Assembly (NCBI RefSeq): GCF_009914755.1
Contig: NC_060944.1
Reading direction: 5' to 3' (one strand)
DNA: 64,000 nucleotides
Source of the DNA: the human T2T-CHM13v2.0 reference genome, Homo sapiens
This document shows, piece by piece, positions 1-11,896 of the stretch. Made by a program: the position numbers and the translations under genes. The notes under the pieces were generated by a model. It was given only the letters and a program-made list of their open reading frames with translations. It searched no databases and was not told the DNA's origin. The first letter of the stretch is position 1. Each line of letters opens with the position of its first letter.

Positions 1-269
1 CCAGGCAAGCACCTGCAGCAGGGCTGCTGGGGGCTGGAAAGGCGGACACCCCGAGGGCAGCTCCAGCTCAGGGTGCAAGCCTCCCAGTTCTCCCAGGGAA
101 GCCAGACCCCACTTTGAGGAGAAACTACCAGATTTCTCCACATTGGCCACTCTCCCAGGCACACCCCATGCAGGCCACTGACCTCTCTACCCCCAAGGGG
201 TGCCCAACCCCAGCCCTGTCCCCTCCTGGGCTAGCCCCCAGCCACAGGCCCTGGTGATGGCCCTCGCAC

Positions 270-368
270 CTCTGCGTGGGTCTTCAGGATGTGGTATTTG
301 ACGCCACTCTCAGAACTGAACTCCTTCGGACACAGCAGACAGCGGTACTTCCCTGCCAGGTGGGCCCC
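270..368 (-). CDS. ZNF512B: ZNF512B exon 16 (C2H2 finger [22 protein letters not shown])
   Basis: tgcag|GGG...GAG|gtgcga, 99 nt. Confidence 0.95.
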
Positions 369-3300
369 CTGCAATGCATAGGCAGGCCAGTGCCCCAGCC
401 CTTGGAGGACCCAGATCTGTCCTAAGCCCCTACTCATGGCTAAAGGGTCAGAGTCAGCGGTGGCCCAAGGAAAGCTGTGGCTGTCTGTGCCAGACAATGC
501 AGGGGGCCACGGGGTTACCAGGGCGGCAGGGGTGGTAGGGGAGAGGAAGGGTAGGGAGAGGCAGGTGCCCAGGGGAAGAGTTGCAGACCTTTGCCGAGCA
601 TCCCTTATTGTAAGCCAGTGTGCCATCTGCGTGGGTCGGGGTGCCCACCCATGCCTACATGGACGCAGAGCTCCAAGGACAGGACTAGGACTCGTTGTCT
701 TGTGGCTGGGGTTGGGGCGAGGGAGGTGTCCTAGGCTGGCCATCAGCCACCGGCCAGTCTCTGGGTTCGTGGAAGAGGAGGCCACGTAGAAAAAGTAGGG
801 GACAAGGCAGGGTCCCTCACTACTGTGTGGGAAGCCCGCGTGGGGTGAGCTGGGAGCTCTGAGTGCAGCGCACCTGGCCGTGGGGCAGGCCCCAGAACTG
901 ACCTTACTGCAGCTGGCGAGATGAGCCTTGAGTCCGGACACGCTGGAGTAGATGGCTTCACAGCACTGCAGGGAAGGGAGCCGTGGGCGAAGGCCTCTGG
1001 TGGGCACCCCACACCAAGATATACCCCTGCCCTACCCCAGGGGATCTCTGAGGCTCTTTGGGGCAAGTGAGGGGGTGTGAGTCCTGGGGACTGGGCAGGC
1101 TGGGCATGTGAGGCCTGGGGTGGGCTTGGGCACCTCCTGAAAGCTCTCAGCCTCTGTTCCTGCTCAGAGGGCCACACCCAGGCTCTGGCCCTGTATGGCT
1201 CCCCACGCCCCCCACCCGGCTGCCTCCGCTCACGTCGTTGGGACAGTTGACGTGGCCTTTCTCCTTCACTTCATTCTTCCATGCCTCTAGCAGCTGGGGG
1301 TTCAGCGTGGGGAGCCCTGGTCGAGTGTAGTTGAGCTGTGAATTCGACAGCACCAGGGTGAGCCTGAGGCCAGAAGACACCCCAGCTGCTCTAAGAACAC
1401 TCGCCTCGGCAGCAGGCGACACTCGCCGCAGATGGCGGGGGCAGCGGGTGGCCCAGGTCACAGCAGTGGCTGTCCCAAGTCTCAGGCCAAGGCATGCCCC
1501 ACGCAGAGGCCACGGCGCTGTCCACAGCCCTGGGGGGGGCAGCTCACCCGTGCGGTCTCGGGCACAAGGTCATCCTTCATGCGCCGCTTGGTCCAGTCGC
1601 GGGCCAGCTCGTCCTCCGCTATCTCCTGCAGGTGGAACACCGCCACCTGGGCCGACGTGCGGCGGACACGCCCGCTTGGGGTCCGCTCCACACCCAGCGG
1701 GTCCTCAGCCTCAGGGGACTTGTCTGTGGGCTCCTCAGGGGGCTGGAGGGCAGGAAGGCATGGAGGCTAGAGTGAGCCGCGGGAGCAAGAGTCAGGTCAG
1801 CGCGCGGCGAGGCCACCCTAAGGCCGGTGGACCCACAGGCCTCCCAGTGTGCTGGGGACATGGCTGACGCAGGCAACCCGAGGGAACACGGAGGTTTCAC
1901 CCTCCCGCCCACCAGGACACACGTCTCTTACAGAGAGGGGTGGGAAACACACGCGTTGGGCGGTACATGGACAAATACAGTTGGCACCCAAGGCACACGG
2001 AACACACACGGCACACAGGAACAAGCACTGTGCCACAGAACAGAGAGCCACTCACGGGGGCCGTGTGCTCCGAGCGCACGTGGTAGTCGTGGCCAGCCTT
2101 GGATCGGTACGTCTTGCCACAGTGGGTGCAGGGGAAGGAGGGGCTGTCCACCTCGCAGGGCGGCTTCCCGCAGCGCCGCTGGTGGTACTGGTAGCCCATG
2201 AGGCTGGAGAAGGCAGCCCCGCAACCCTGGGGGTCAGGCCAGAGGGTGGGTGAGTGGCCAGCAGGGCCCCCCCACCCCACACTGCCGCGGCCCCCCACTG
2301 ACCTCCTGGGGGCAGCGCAGCCGTCCCATCTGCTTCAGCACCTTGCGCAGCCTCTCGCGCTCCTCCTGCTCGCCCCCTTCGGAGGCCTCGGCGTCAGAGG
2401 GCTGGGGACAGGGTGAGCATCGGTGACCCGGCACCATCACCACGGAGCCCTGCCCTGGCCCCGCCCCGCCCAGGTGTTGGGCCACCGTTGTCCGAGGTTA
2501 GAAACCGGGGGCACTGCGGTGAAGGTGGGGTGCGAGGTCAGAGGTCACGCTGGACGGGAGCTGGGGGCCCGACGGTACCTTGGCACTGTGCTCGGCCATA
2601 GTGTGGTAGTTGAGGCCGGCTTTGGACTTGAACTGCTTCCGGCAGTGCTGGCACTTGAGTGCATCCTGAAGCTGCAGATGGCCCACATGTGAGAAGCCTG
2701 CCTGGGGCCAGGGCGCCTCCCTCCCAGCGCCTTCCGGGAGCTGCCTTACCTTCTGACACACCTCCATGTGCTTCTTGAGCCCCACGAGAGTCTTCCGGGT
2801 GACCACGTTGCAGGTGGGGCAGACGGCTTCCCCGCGCTCATGGATGGCCCTCTGCCACTGCTCTTCAGGGCCACCTGTGGGTAAGGCAGGGGCCTCGAAG
2901 GCTTGTGGGGGCTGCTGGGTGGCCCAGACGCCAGGCACAGAATCCAGTCTCCACACTCAGCCCCCATCCCTGTGCTGTGGGATCTACCCGCCGTCTAGAG
3001 CTGCCCTGAGCCCCTGCCAGGCAGCCCCTACCTGGAGCTGGGTGGGCCACAGGGGCCGGTGCCTCCTTGCTGACAGTGATGGGGGCAGCTGGCACCTTCT
3101 TCCGGGCGTCCTCAGGGCCTGGCCCCTCCTGCTTCTTGGAGCGGTGAACTCGGGCCTTGTCCTCAGCTTTGACCAGGCCTGTGTGCACACATGGGGTGGA
3201 GAGAAACAGGGATGGGCTCAGGGGCTGTCACTCGGTGGACAGCCCCAGCCCTGGAGGTGCACACCGGGCTGGGGTCTTACCTTTGAGCCCAAAGGTCCCT

Positions 3301-5634
3301 GAGATGGATGGCTGCTCCCCTGTAAACTTTTTGGGTGTTTTCTGTTTCCTTCCTGACTCGGGGAGAGAAAACGGGGGCCAAGATTCTGGTGAAATAACCG
3401 TCAGGAGGCCGAGCCTGCCCCGGCCGCCACCCCTGGAGCTCTCATCTTACTGTGCTTTGTGCGCTCCGGGTCCTCCTCAGGCGGGGACGCAGGGCCTGCA
3501 GCCTTCAGTGCCTCCATGCCCCCTGACGGCCTGCTGCCTGGCGACAAGGAGCCACTGCTGGTGTCTGCACTCAGCTGGAAGGCCGAGCTCTGGCCCATGG
3601 AGGAGGGGCCGTACTCCCCATTCTCTGGCCTGGCCTGCTTGGGTGGAATTGGGCAGGTGTCCAGGCTGTCCGCAGCCCTGCAGGGAGCAGGTGAGGTGAG
3701 GGCCAGGAGGGCCTAACTGTGGGCCCCATTACCCCCAGGCCGTGGCCGAGGAGCACCCTGACCTGGAACGAGCCCCCATACCTTTTCTCACCACTGTTCC
3801 CCGACCTGGGACGAGCCCCCATACCTTTTCTTACCACTGTTCCTCCCTGTGGCACGAGGTGCTTTGTTCTCCGACCTGGTCAGCAGCACCATTTTGCAGG
3901 GCGGTGTGTGTCTGCTGATAGCAATGGGCCTGCTGACTGTCACCGGCTTGCTGACCACAATGGGCCTGCTGACTGTCACTGGCTTGGTGACCGGCACGGG
4001 TTTCGTAACTGTCACAAGCTTTGTGACCGTAATGGGTTTGGTGACAGGTACGGGTTTGGTGACCGGCACAGACTTGGTGACTGTGATGGGTTTGGTGACC
4101 GGCATGGCCTTGGTGACGGGCATGGGCCTGCTGACTGTGACAGGTTTGGTGACTGGCACGGGCCTAGTGACCGGGATGGCCTTGGTGACTGGCATGGGTC
4201 TGCCGACCGAGACTGGCTTGCTGATGCCAATGGGTTTGCTGACACCCACAGGTTTGCCAATAGTGACAGGTTTGCTCACTCCGATGGGCTTGCTGACCCC
4301 AACAGGCCGGCTGATGGTGACCGGCCTGCTGATGGGCCCAGGCTTGGAGGCAGGCAGGGGTCGGTCCATGTGGTTCCAGATCCGGTGTTTCTCCAGCTGG
4401 GTCTTAGAGGTGAATGCGGCCTCGCAGAAGGGGCAGGGGAAGGCCAGGCGATCTGAGATGGCACCCTGGGCAGGGAAGGGAAGGTTTGGGACAGGGCCCC
4501 AAGGGCCTCTGCCCAAACACACCCCGAGGCCTCCTCTCCCCCGACCCACAGTCCCTTACCCCTTGGCACCGCTGGTAATGGTACTTGAGCCCGTAGATGC
4601 TGGGGAACTCCAGCCAGCACCCTGAGTTTGGACACTTCACCCTCGAGTGTGCCTTGAACTCATCCTTCCAGTCGTTCATCAGGGAGAGCTAGGCGTGGGG
4701 AAAGGTGGTGCTGCTGACCCGCAGCCACCTGGGCCACTGCCAGCCCGAGCCCCAGACTCAGAGCCCCCCCGGGCCTGCAGGGCACACACACCACATGAGC
4801 CCCTCAACCTCGGGACTGCAGTGGGAATTCAAGCCACCTGGCAGGGGCCATGCACAAGACCCGTTCTAGGAGCCCACCAACGCGATCCCCCGAATCTCCC
4901 GGCACATCAGATACAAAGCCAGGCCACGTGAAGTCTGCCAGGCCAGTGCCCACATCTTGAGGCATAGAGTTGGTACCAGATGTGCAGAGGACAAATCAGG
5001 GCAGGGCAGTGGCTGGATAGGGAGACCCCAGCATGAGCCCCACCATGGCCCTGAGGGAGCTCACAGGAATGTCTCGGAGGGCCTGGTTCTCGGCTTTTGG
5101 CCGCCCCTTTTTCTTCCCTTCTGTCTTGTCACTGGCTGGACTTCCTGGGTCAAAGCAGAGAGGGGCCTGGCCGGGCACTGTCTGTCCACCACGGACCACC
5201 GGCATCCCTGCAGCACACAACACAGCAAGGCTCGGAAGCTGTGTAGCACCGCCTACCACCGGCGGCTGCACAGGCCCACAGTGAGCACCGCTGTCCCAAC
5301 ACGAGGGCACCGGGGGCAGGGGCTGCGGCCAGCTGAGGACAAGAACCCAGGACCCTGGGCTATGTCCAAGGCAACCCCTACCCTGGTAAGGTCCTTGGGA
5401 ACTCTAGGGGCCTAGCTGGGTACCTGGAGACAGGACGCCCAGGGCAATGGTCCACTCCTACCACTTGCTGCCCAGAACCATCTGGAATTGACTCTGGCCC
5501 TGACTCCTCTTACCCATCTTCGGTGGGTCATGCAGCATTGGAAGTCGGACCTCCTTTCGGCTGCCATCCTTCCCGGGACCACTCTTGCTGGACCCCGGGA
5601 GCCGACGGCCTCCAACGCAGAAAGGATCCGTCAT
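270..5634 (-). CDS. ZNF512B: Zinc finger protein 512B, spliced CDS exons 2-16 (809 codons; last coding exon lies left of the window)
   Basis: complement(join 5514-5634, 5065-5207, 4560-4688, 3825-4465, 3451-3677, 3281-3352, 3032-3178, 2750-2874, 2579-2671, 2303-2401, 2056-2226, 1548-1742, 1234-1335, 903-965, 270-368) = 2427 nt. All junctions are GT-AG and the frame is continuous. The protein starts [19 protein letters not shown] and has 8 C2HC/C2H2 fingers and a VTKPVP repeat. Confidence 0.97.
903..965 (-). CDS. ZNF512B: ZNF512B exon 15 ([21 protein letters not shown])
   Basis: ctgcag|TGC...AAG|gtcagt, 63 nt. Confidence 0.95.
1234..1335 (-). CDS. ZNF512B: ZNF512B exon 14 (LNYTRPG...GHVNCPND)
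   Basis: cacag|CTC...GAC|gtgagc, 102 nt. Confidence 0.95.
1548..1742 (-). CDS. ZNF512B: ZNF512B exon 13 (PPEEPTDK...LVPETAR)
   Basis: ctccag|CCC...CGG|gtgagc, 195 nt. Confidence 0.95.
2056..2226 (-). CDS. ZNF512B: ZNF512B exon 12 (end of a C2HC finger plus C2H2 finger [22 protein letters not shown])
   Basis: cccag|GGT...CCC|gtgagt, 171 nt. Confidence 0.95.
2303..2401 (-). CDS. ZNF512B: ZNF512B exon 11 (PSDAEAS...RLRCPQE)
   Basis: ccccag|CCC...GAG|gtcagt, 99 nt. Confidence 0.95.
2579..2671 (-). CDS. ZNF512B: ZNF512B exon 10 (C2H2 finger [22 protein letters not shown])
   Basis: ctgcag|CTT...AAG|gtaccg, 93 nt. Confidence 0.93.
2750..2874 (-). CDS. ZNF512B: ZNF512B exon 9 (C2HC finger CPTC...HMEVC)
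   Basis: ccacag|GT...AAG|gtaagg, 125 nt. Confidence 0.95.
3032..3178 (-). CDS. ZNF512B: ZNF512B exon 8 (LVKAEDK...AHPAP)
   Basis: cacacag|GC...CCAG|gtaggg, 147 nt. Confidence 0.93.
3281..3352 (-). CDS. ZNF512B: ZNF512B exon 7 ([24 protein letters not shown]; NuRD-interaction-type motif)
   Basis: gtcag|GA...AAAG|gtaaga, 72 nt. Confidence 0.93.
3451..3677 (-). CDS. ZNF512B: ZNF512B exon 6 (AADSLDTC...PERTKH)
   Basis: ctgcag|G...CACA|gtaaga, 227 nt. Confidence 0.94.
3760..3845. repeat. 43-bp tandem duplication spanning the ZNF512B exon 5 donor
   Basis: Units gacctggaacgagcccccataccttttctcaccactgttcccc (3760-3802) and gacctgggacgagcccccataccttttcttaccactgttcctc (3803-3845). Confidence 0.92.
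3825..4465 (-). CDS. ZNF512B: ZNF512B exon 5 (C2H2 finger plus hexapeptide repeat)
   Basis: cccag|GGT...AAAAG|gtatgg, 641 nt. Confidence 0.94.
3902..4333 (-). repeat. Coding 18-bp tandem repeat, 24 units of [VI][ST][KR]P[VIM]x
   Basis: From ISRPVT to ISRHTP with an exact 18-nt period and no indels (24x18 = 432 nt). Confidence 0.95.
4560..4688 (-). CDS. ZNF512B: ZNF512B exon 4 (C2HC finger CPNSGC...HYQRC)
   Basis: cctag|CTC...GGG|gtaagg, 129 nt. Confidence 0.95.
5065..5207 (-). CDS. ZNF512B: ZNF512B exon 3 (contains KKKGRPK, AT-hook-like)
   Basis: ctgcag|GG...CCT|gtgagc, 143 nt. Confidence 0.95.
5514..5634 (-). CDS. ZNF512B: ZNF512B exon 2, coding part with start codon (exon begins at 5636)
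   Basis: ctctgcag|AG ATG ACG GAT...ATG G|gtaaga, 121 coding nt. Confidence 0.95.
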
Positions 5635-6979
5635 CTCTGCAGAGCAAGTAGACAATCTGTGAAGCCTGACGGGCCCCACTTGGAACACGTGGTGAGGCTG
5701 CCCTGGAGCCCTGCCCTTGGCAGGTCCTCTCTGGTCAGGGAAGAGGGGCCTGCCTTCCTGTGGTTTTGTTCATGTGGGAAAAGCAAGTGATGGGGGCTTC
5801 TCACTTAGGGGAGGGGCTGCCAGCCAAGGTCTCCCCAGATAACCCAGGAGTCATCATCAGTTTGATAGGATCTAGTCCTGTCCTGAGACCCTCACCAACT
5901 TCCAGACCCCCTTCCCAACACGCAGCTCTACAGTGTACGCAGTTCCACAGTGTGCGTAGCCCCACAGCTGCGAAGATGATGCCGAAGGTGATGCACTCCT
6001 ACCCAGTGCTGGGAGGGGGTGTGCCCCTGGGAGAGGTGCCTTGCGCAGGAGGAAGGAGGCTGGCAACATTCCTCCAGGGGCCAATTATGTCTCTGATGAT
6101 GGCTGCTGGCTCACAAGCTGCCCAGGCCCAGCAGTGGGGGCACAGCTTCTCACTGGGGCCCTCATACCTTCCCATGCTGACTTGATGCAATGCCAGCCTA
6201 CCCAGGCAGGTACCCTTGGAATCTTCTCTCCAGACACAGATGGAAAACAGCCAAGGTGGGCACTGAGGACCCCTGGCCCAATCTGGCACTGCACCAAGCT
6301 CCCGTCCCTGTGCCGGCTGAACTATCCTACCTGATGCTCTTCGCAGACTTGTCTCCAGGCTTGGCAGGCTGACCCGCCCCCCACCTCTCTCTGGATCCTC
6401 TCAGTCCTCTGCCTACAGACCCACCACTACCACTTCAGCCAAACAAGTCGTGGAAGCACCAGCAGTGAAGGCCCAGGATGCTGGCCAGAGAGAACGCCCT
6501 GCTGCCCAAGGCTGGGGCCCCCGAGGGCCTGTGCTGCTGGGAACCCCATCCTGAGAGCTGGGGAGCAGAGGAGACTCTGGGCCCAGCCCTGTGGAAAAGC
6601 CACGGAAGGGGGTGGGACAGGAAGCAGGGTGAGGGTTGAGTGGGCAGGTGGCCCCCTCCTGATAGCTTCTAATTAACTTGGATCCGAGGGGATGGGAAGG
6701 GGCTGCTGTGTCCAGGAGGGCCAGAGAGCTGAGGTCAGAGGTCAGGACAGTCACTGCCCATTGCCAAGGGGGAGGCCAGTGTCCGGGGACAAAGTTCTCT
6801 GGAAGTCCTCACTTTGCAACTTTTGAAAGGAGACAGGGCCGGCATGAGTCATCCCAGCACCTGATGACCCCGGTGGCCTGGGGTGCAGGTGCCTGCTGAG
6901 GCCCCACTTCCAATTTTTCTGAAGCCTGGGAGAAGAATTCAGAATAGTGGGGCCTGAGGCCAGGGCCAGCCTGGGAGGC

Positions 6980-8070
6980 AGAGACGCGACTGGCGCCCCG
7001 GATGAGAAGGGGCTTCGGCCCTCCCGAGCCCAGCGGGGACACAGAGCCCTCGCGGGGAGAGGGGGCTCCGCCGCGCTGCGCGCAGGAGACGCCAGCAGCG
7101 GGTCCGCCGCGTAGGCCGTTCGGCCCGGGACCCCGGCCCAGGCCTGGCGCGCGGGTGAGCGCGGCCAGGGACGCGCACCTGGGGCCAGCCTCGCCACCCA
7201 CCTGTCACCTGGGGCCGGGAGCGGGCGCGGGGCGCGGGCCTCGGCCTGGCCGGGCAGGGCCGATCGCGGGCGCGGGGTGGGGGGGCGAAGGCAGTGAACC
7301 AAAATGGCGACTTTTTCTGGAGAAGGAGGAGGCAGGAAGACGGCGCCGGCGCGGGGCGCGGGGGCTCGGGCGCGGCGGGGGGCGGGGGGGCTCCGGGCCC
7401 GGCCCCCTCCTTGGCCTGCGCGCAGGGTCGAGATCCGGGGCGCGGTGGGCGCCGGGGCTGCGGCCAGAATGGGTCCGGGGCGCGGCCGGGCGCTTACCTG
7501 CGGCGCCCAGCGGGGCTGCGGCCGGGCCGGGCCGGGCCGGGGCGGGGGGCGCGGGGCGCGGGGCGCTGGGTCCGGGCGGCGCAGGCTGCGCGCCGCGCTG
7601 CGCACATGCGCGCTCCCGCCCCTCCCACCTTTGACAGTTTTACTGCGGGGGGGAGGGGGCGAACTCTCGCGTTATTCCCGCGGCCGCTCCGCGACGGGGA
7701 GGGGGCGGGGAGGGGGAGGGGGCGGGGGCGGGGGCCCGGCGCTGGCCTGTGGTTCCCCCGCTCCGCGGTTCCGCCCCCGTCGGCCGGGCCCGCAGTCCAG
7801 AGTAGCCGGTTCTGCCGTCCTGGGGCGGGGGACGTTTTTTGGACAGTGGGGTAAACTGAGGCCCGATAGGGGCGCTAGGCACTGCCCGGAGTCCGGCGCG
7901 CACGGATTGAGGCGACCTGATTCCGCCGCATCCTGGCCCGCGCGGCGAGTGTGGTCTCTGGGCTCGGGACCCTGACCTCTGGCCCTGGGGGCCGTGCACC
8001 GGCAGCGCAGGATTCAGCCTTCTTCCAACTGGCCCTGAGACCACTTTTGCGACTGACCCCCGGAGGTGCC
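6980..8070. promoter_or_regulatory. CpG island / ZNF512B promoter
   Basis: Very GC- and CpG-rich, with multiple GC boxes, a YY1-type AAAATGGCG at 7301-7309 and a G-run array at 7696-7734 (G-quadruplex potential). Confidence 0.9.
7498..7620 (-). other. ZNF512B: ZNF512B non-coding exon 1 (5' boundary approximate)
   Basis: Strong donor CAG|GTAAGC at 7498/7497 on the - strand inside the CpG island; the next exon's acceptor lies 2 nt before the ATG. Confidence 0.75.
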
Positions 8071-8304
8071 TGGCGGCTTAAGGCCATGGGGTTTTACTGG
8101 GGTCACTGACCATTGGGTCACCCTTTCCCAGCTCTGGGGGCAGTGGTTCTGAACCAGTGCCAGGGCCTTCTCTGCCCCACAGCTTGGGCTTCTGCAGGCA
8201 GGGGGCACTGGGGTCCGGTGTGGGCTGAGTGGTCTGGAGGTGGCGGGGCACTGACAGCACAGGACTTGGGAATGAATGAGACAGAGAAAGGTTGGCTCTC
8301 CTAA

Positions 8305-9884
<1,580 letters not shown>

Positions 9885-10956
9885 AGCATTTTTTTTAAAA
9901 CCATGTGCATATATTACTTTTATAATTAAAACAGACTTTTAAAAGTTTCGTAATGCCCCTTTTTGCATACTACAAATATTCTGGACTCCTTAAAATTGAT
10001 GTGGGCTGGAAGTTGCTAGTCAGGAAATGGAACTACCAGGTGTGCCTCCTTCGCTGGGGCCCTTCCGGCCCAGTCGGCCCCTTTCCCTGTACCCCGTGGA
10101 GCAAGCTCAGAGGCACTGCTAGGGGGTTGGGCAGTAAGATTTTTGCCTTTCCTCAAAGGGGCCTGGGATCTGCTTCACTCAAGGCTGGTGCAGAGCACTC
10201 ACATGGAGATTGGAGGTTGGCTCTTATAGAAGAGGCAGTCAGTCAATCCTTCCTTCGGGAATCTGAGTCAGAGAGGCCAGTGCACACCAGCCTGTGTGAC
10301 CCGAGGAGGAAGGGGAGGGCATTCCCTGTGAGGCTAGCGTCATCACGTCCTTCCCTTGTTGACCTTTCCCACCCTGGGGACGGGACCAGCAGGATTTCCT
10401 GAGGGGTCAGTGTGTGTCCCCTTAGGTGCAGCCAAGGCCGTCAGCTCTCCCTGTGTAAGTCTGGGTGTCCATACATGCGACCTGTTTGGACATTGCCGTG
10501 TCAGGATATGACAGTGTCCCATGCTAGGTGAGACCAATGCCTGTCTGTATTTTAGCATCTGGGCGACTAGACCTCAGGGTACCTGGGGACGATGTGTCTG
10601 GATTTCAGTATCCATGTGTCCAGGCTGCGGCATGTCTCAGTGTCAGGGTGCTGGTGAGGGACGGCTGTTTTCTGTGAGCATCTACATGCCAGGGTGTCGT
10701 GGAATACAGTGTGTTTGTGTGCACCGGGGATGTGCCGTGTCCCATGTGTTTCTATGTGTTAGGAGGTCGTTGTGTGTCTGCATGCTAGTATTTGTGTATT
10801 TGTGTAATGACATCTTTGTATGGGGGCATGCTGTTACATACCTTTGTGTCTGTGTGCCTGGCCAACTACATGCATGTGTTTGTGTGTGTTGGTGTTTGCT
10901 GGTGTCAGTGTCATTGAGTCTCTGTGTGTGGTTTATGCTCTTATGTGTCTGATTGC

Positions 10957-10992
10957 TGTGTGTGTGTGGTGTGTGTGTGTGTGTGTGTGTGT
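10957..10992. repeat. (TG)n microsatellite within a GT-rich region (~10700-11000)
   Basis: Direct reading. Confidence 0.9.
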
Positions 10993-11004
10993 GCTGTGAT
11001 CTGT

Positions 11005-11290
11005 GTTTGAGACAGGGTCTTGCTCTGTTGCCCAGGCTGGAGTGCAGTTGTGTGGTTAGAGCTCACTGTGCCTTGAACTCCTGGGCTCAAGGAATCTTCC
11101 TGCCTCAGCCTCCCAAGTAGCTGGGACTACGGGTATGCGCCACCATGCCTGGCTAGTTTCAAAAGTTTTTTGTAGAGATGGGGTCTTGCTATGTCACACA
11201 GGCTGGTCTTGAACTCCTGGCCTTCAGCGACACTCCTGCCTTGGTCTCCCACAGTGCTGGGATTGCAGGCGTGAGCCACCGTACCAGGCC
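11005..11290 (-). mobile_element. Alu (AluJ-like)
   Basis: Reverse-complement Alu consensus. Confidence 0.9.
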
Positions 11291-11294
11291 AGAT

Positions 11295-11675
11295 GTTTGT
11301 GTTTTATCCCTGAACGTGTGAATGGGATCTTATTGGGAAAAGGGTATTTGCAGATGTGATGAAAGATCTTGTGATGAGGAGATTATCCTGTATTACCCAG
11401 GTGGCCCCAAATCCAAGCATCCTTATAAGAGAGAGACAGAGGGAGATTTGAGAGACAGAAGAGGAGGAGGTGATCTGATTACAGAGGCGGAGACGGGTAA
11501 TGCCCATGCGCCCGAGTTCCCCCGGCAGCCACTGGAAGCTGGAGAGGTGAGGAGTCGCCCCAGGAGGCCCTGAGGGAGCTGGATTTTGGACTGCGGCCTC
11601 CAGAACTCCAGAGAGAATGAATGTCTGCTGTTCTCAGCACCCCTCCGTGGTCCTCTGTCACGGCAGCCGCGGGAC
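11295..11675 (+). mobile_element. MaLR solo LTR (MLT1-like)
   Basis: Typical MLT1 motifs: tttgcagatgtgat, gattatcctg...ggtggccc, ccttataagaga, gaagctggagagg, ttttggact...cctccagaact. Confidence 0.75.
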
Positions 11676-11890
11676 CCTCACGCGCTGTCTGGGCCGTCCC
11701 TTCCAGCGTGTCGGGCGTTGTGTCCAGCACTGGGGACCGCCCACAGGCGTGACTTGAGCCCTGTTTCCAGCCTCTGCGCGGGGTTGCCCAGACGCCCCTC
11801 CAGGGCGTGACGCCACTGCCCCCTGGTGGCCGCGGCTGCCCAGACGCCCTCTCCTCGCAGACCCAGCACCGCCAGCACTTGGGAACCAGC

Positions 11891-11896
11891 TTTATT
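11891..11896 (-). terminator. SAMD10 polyadenylation signal AATAAA
   Basis: tttatt on the + strand, ~1.38 kb after the SAMD10 stop codon. Confidence 0.75.

Noticed and set aside
3719-4625. Long + strand ORFs (245 and 258 aa) antisense to ZNF512B exon 5
   Set aside because: They are mirror frames of the 18-bp coding repeat, which lacks stop codons, and there is no independent evidence of a gene.
6751-8087. Arg/Gly/Pro-rich ORFs of 130-284 aa
   Set aside because: Stop-codon depletion in a CpG island; no domain and no splice support.
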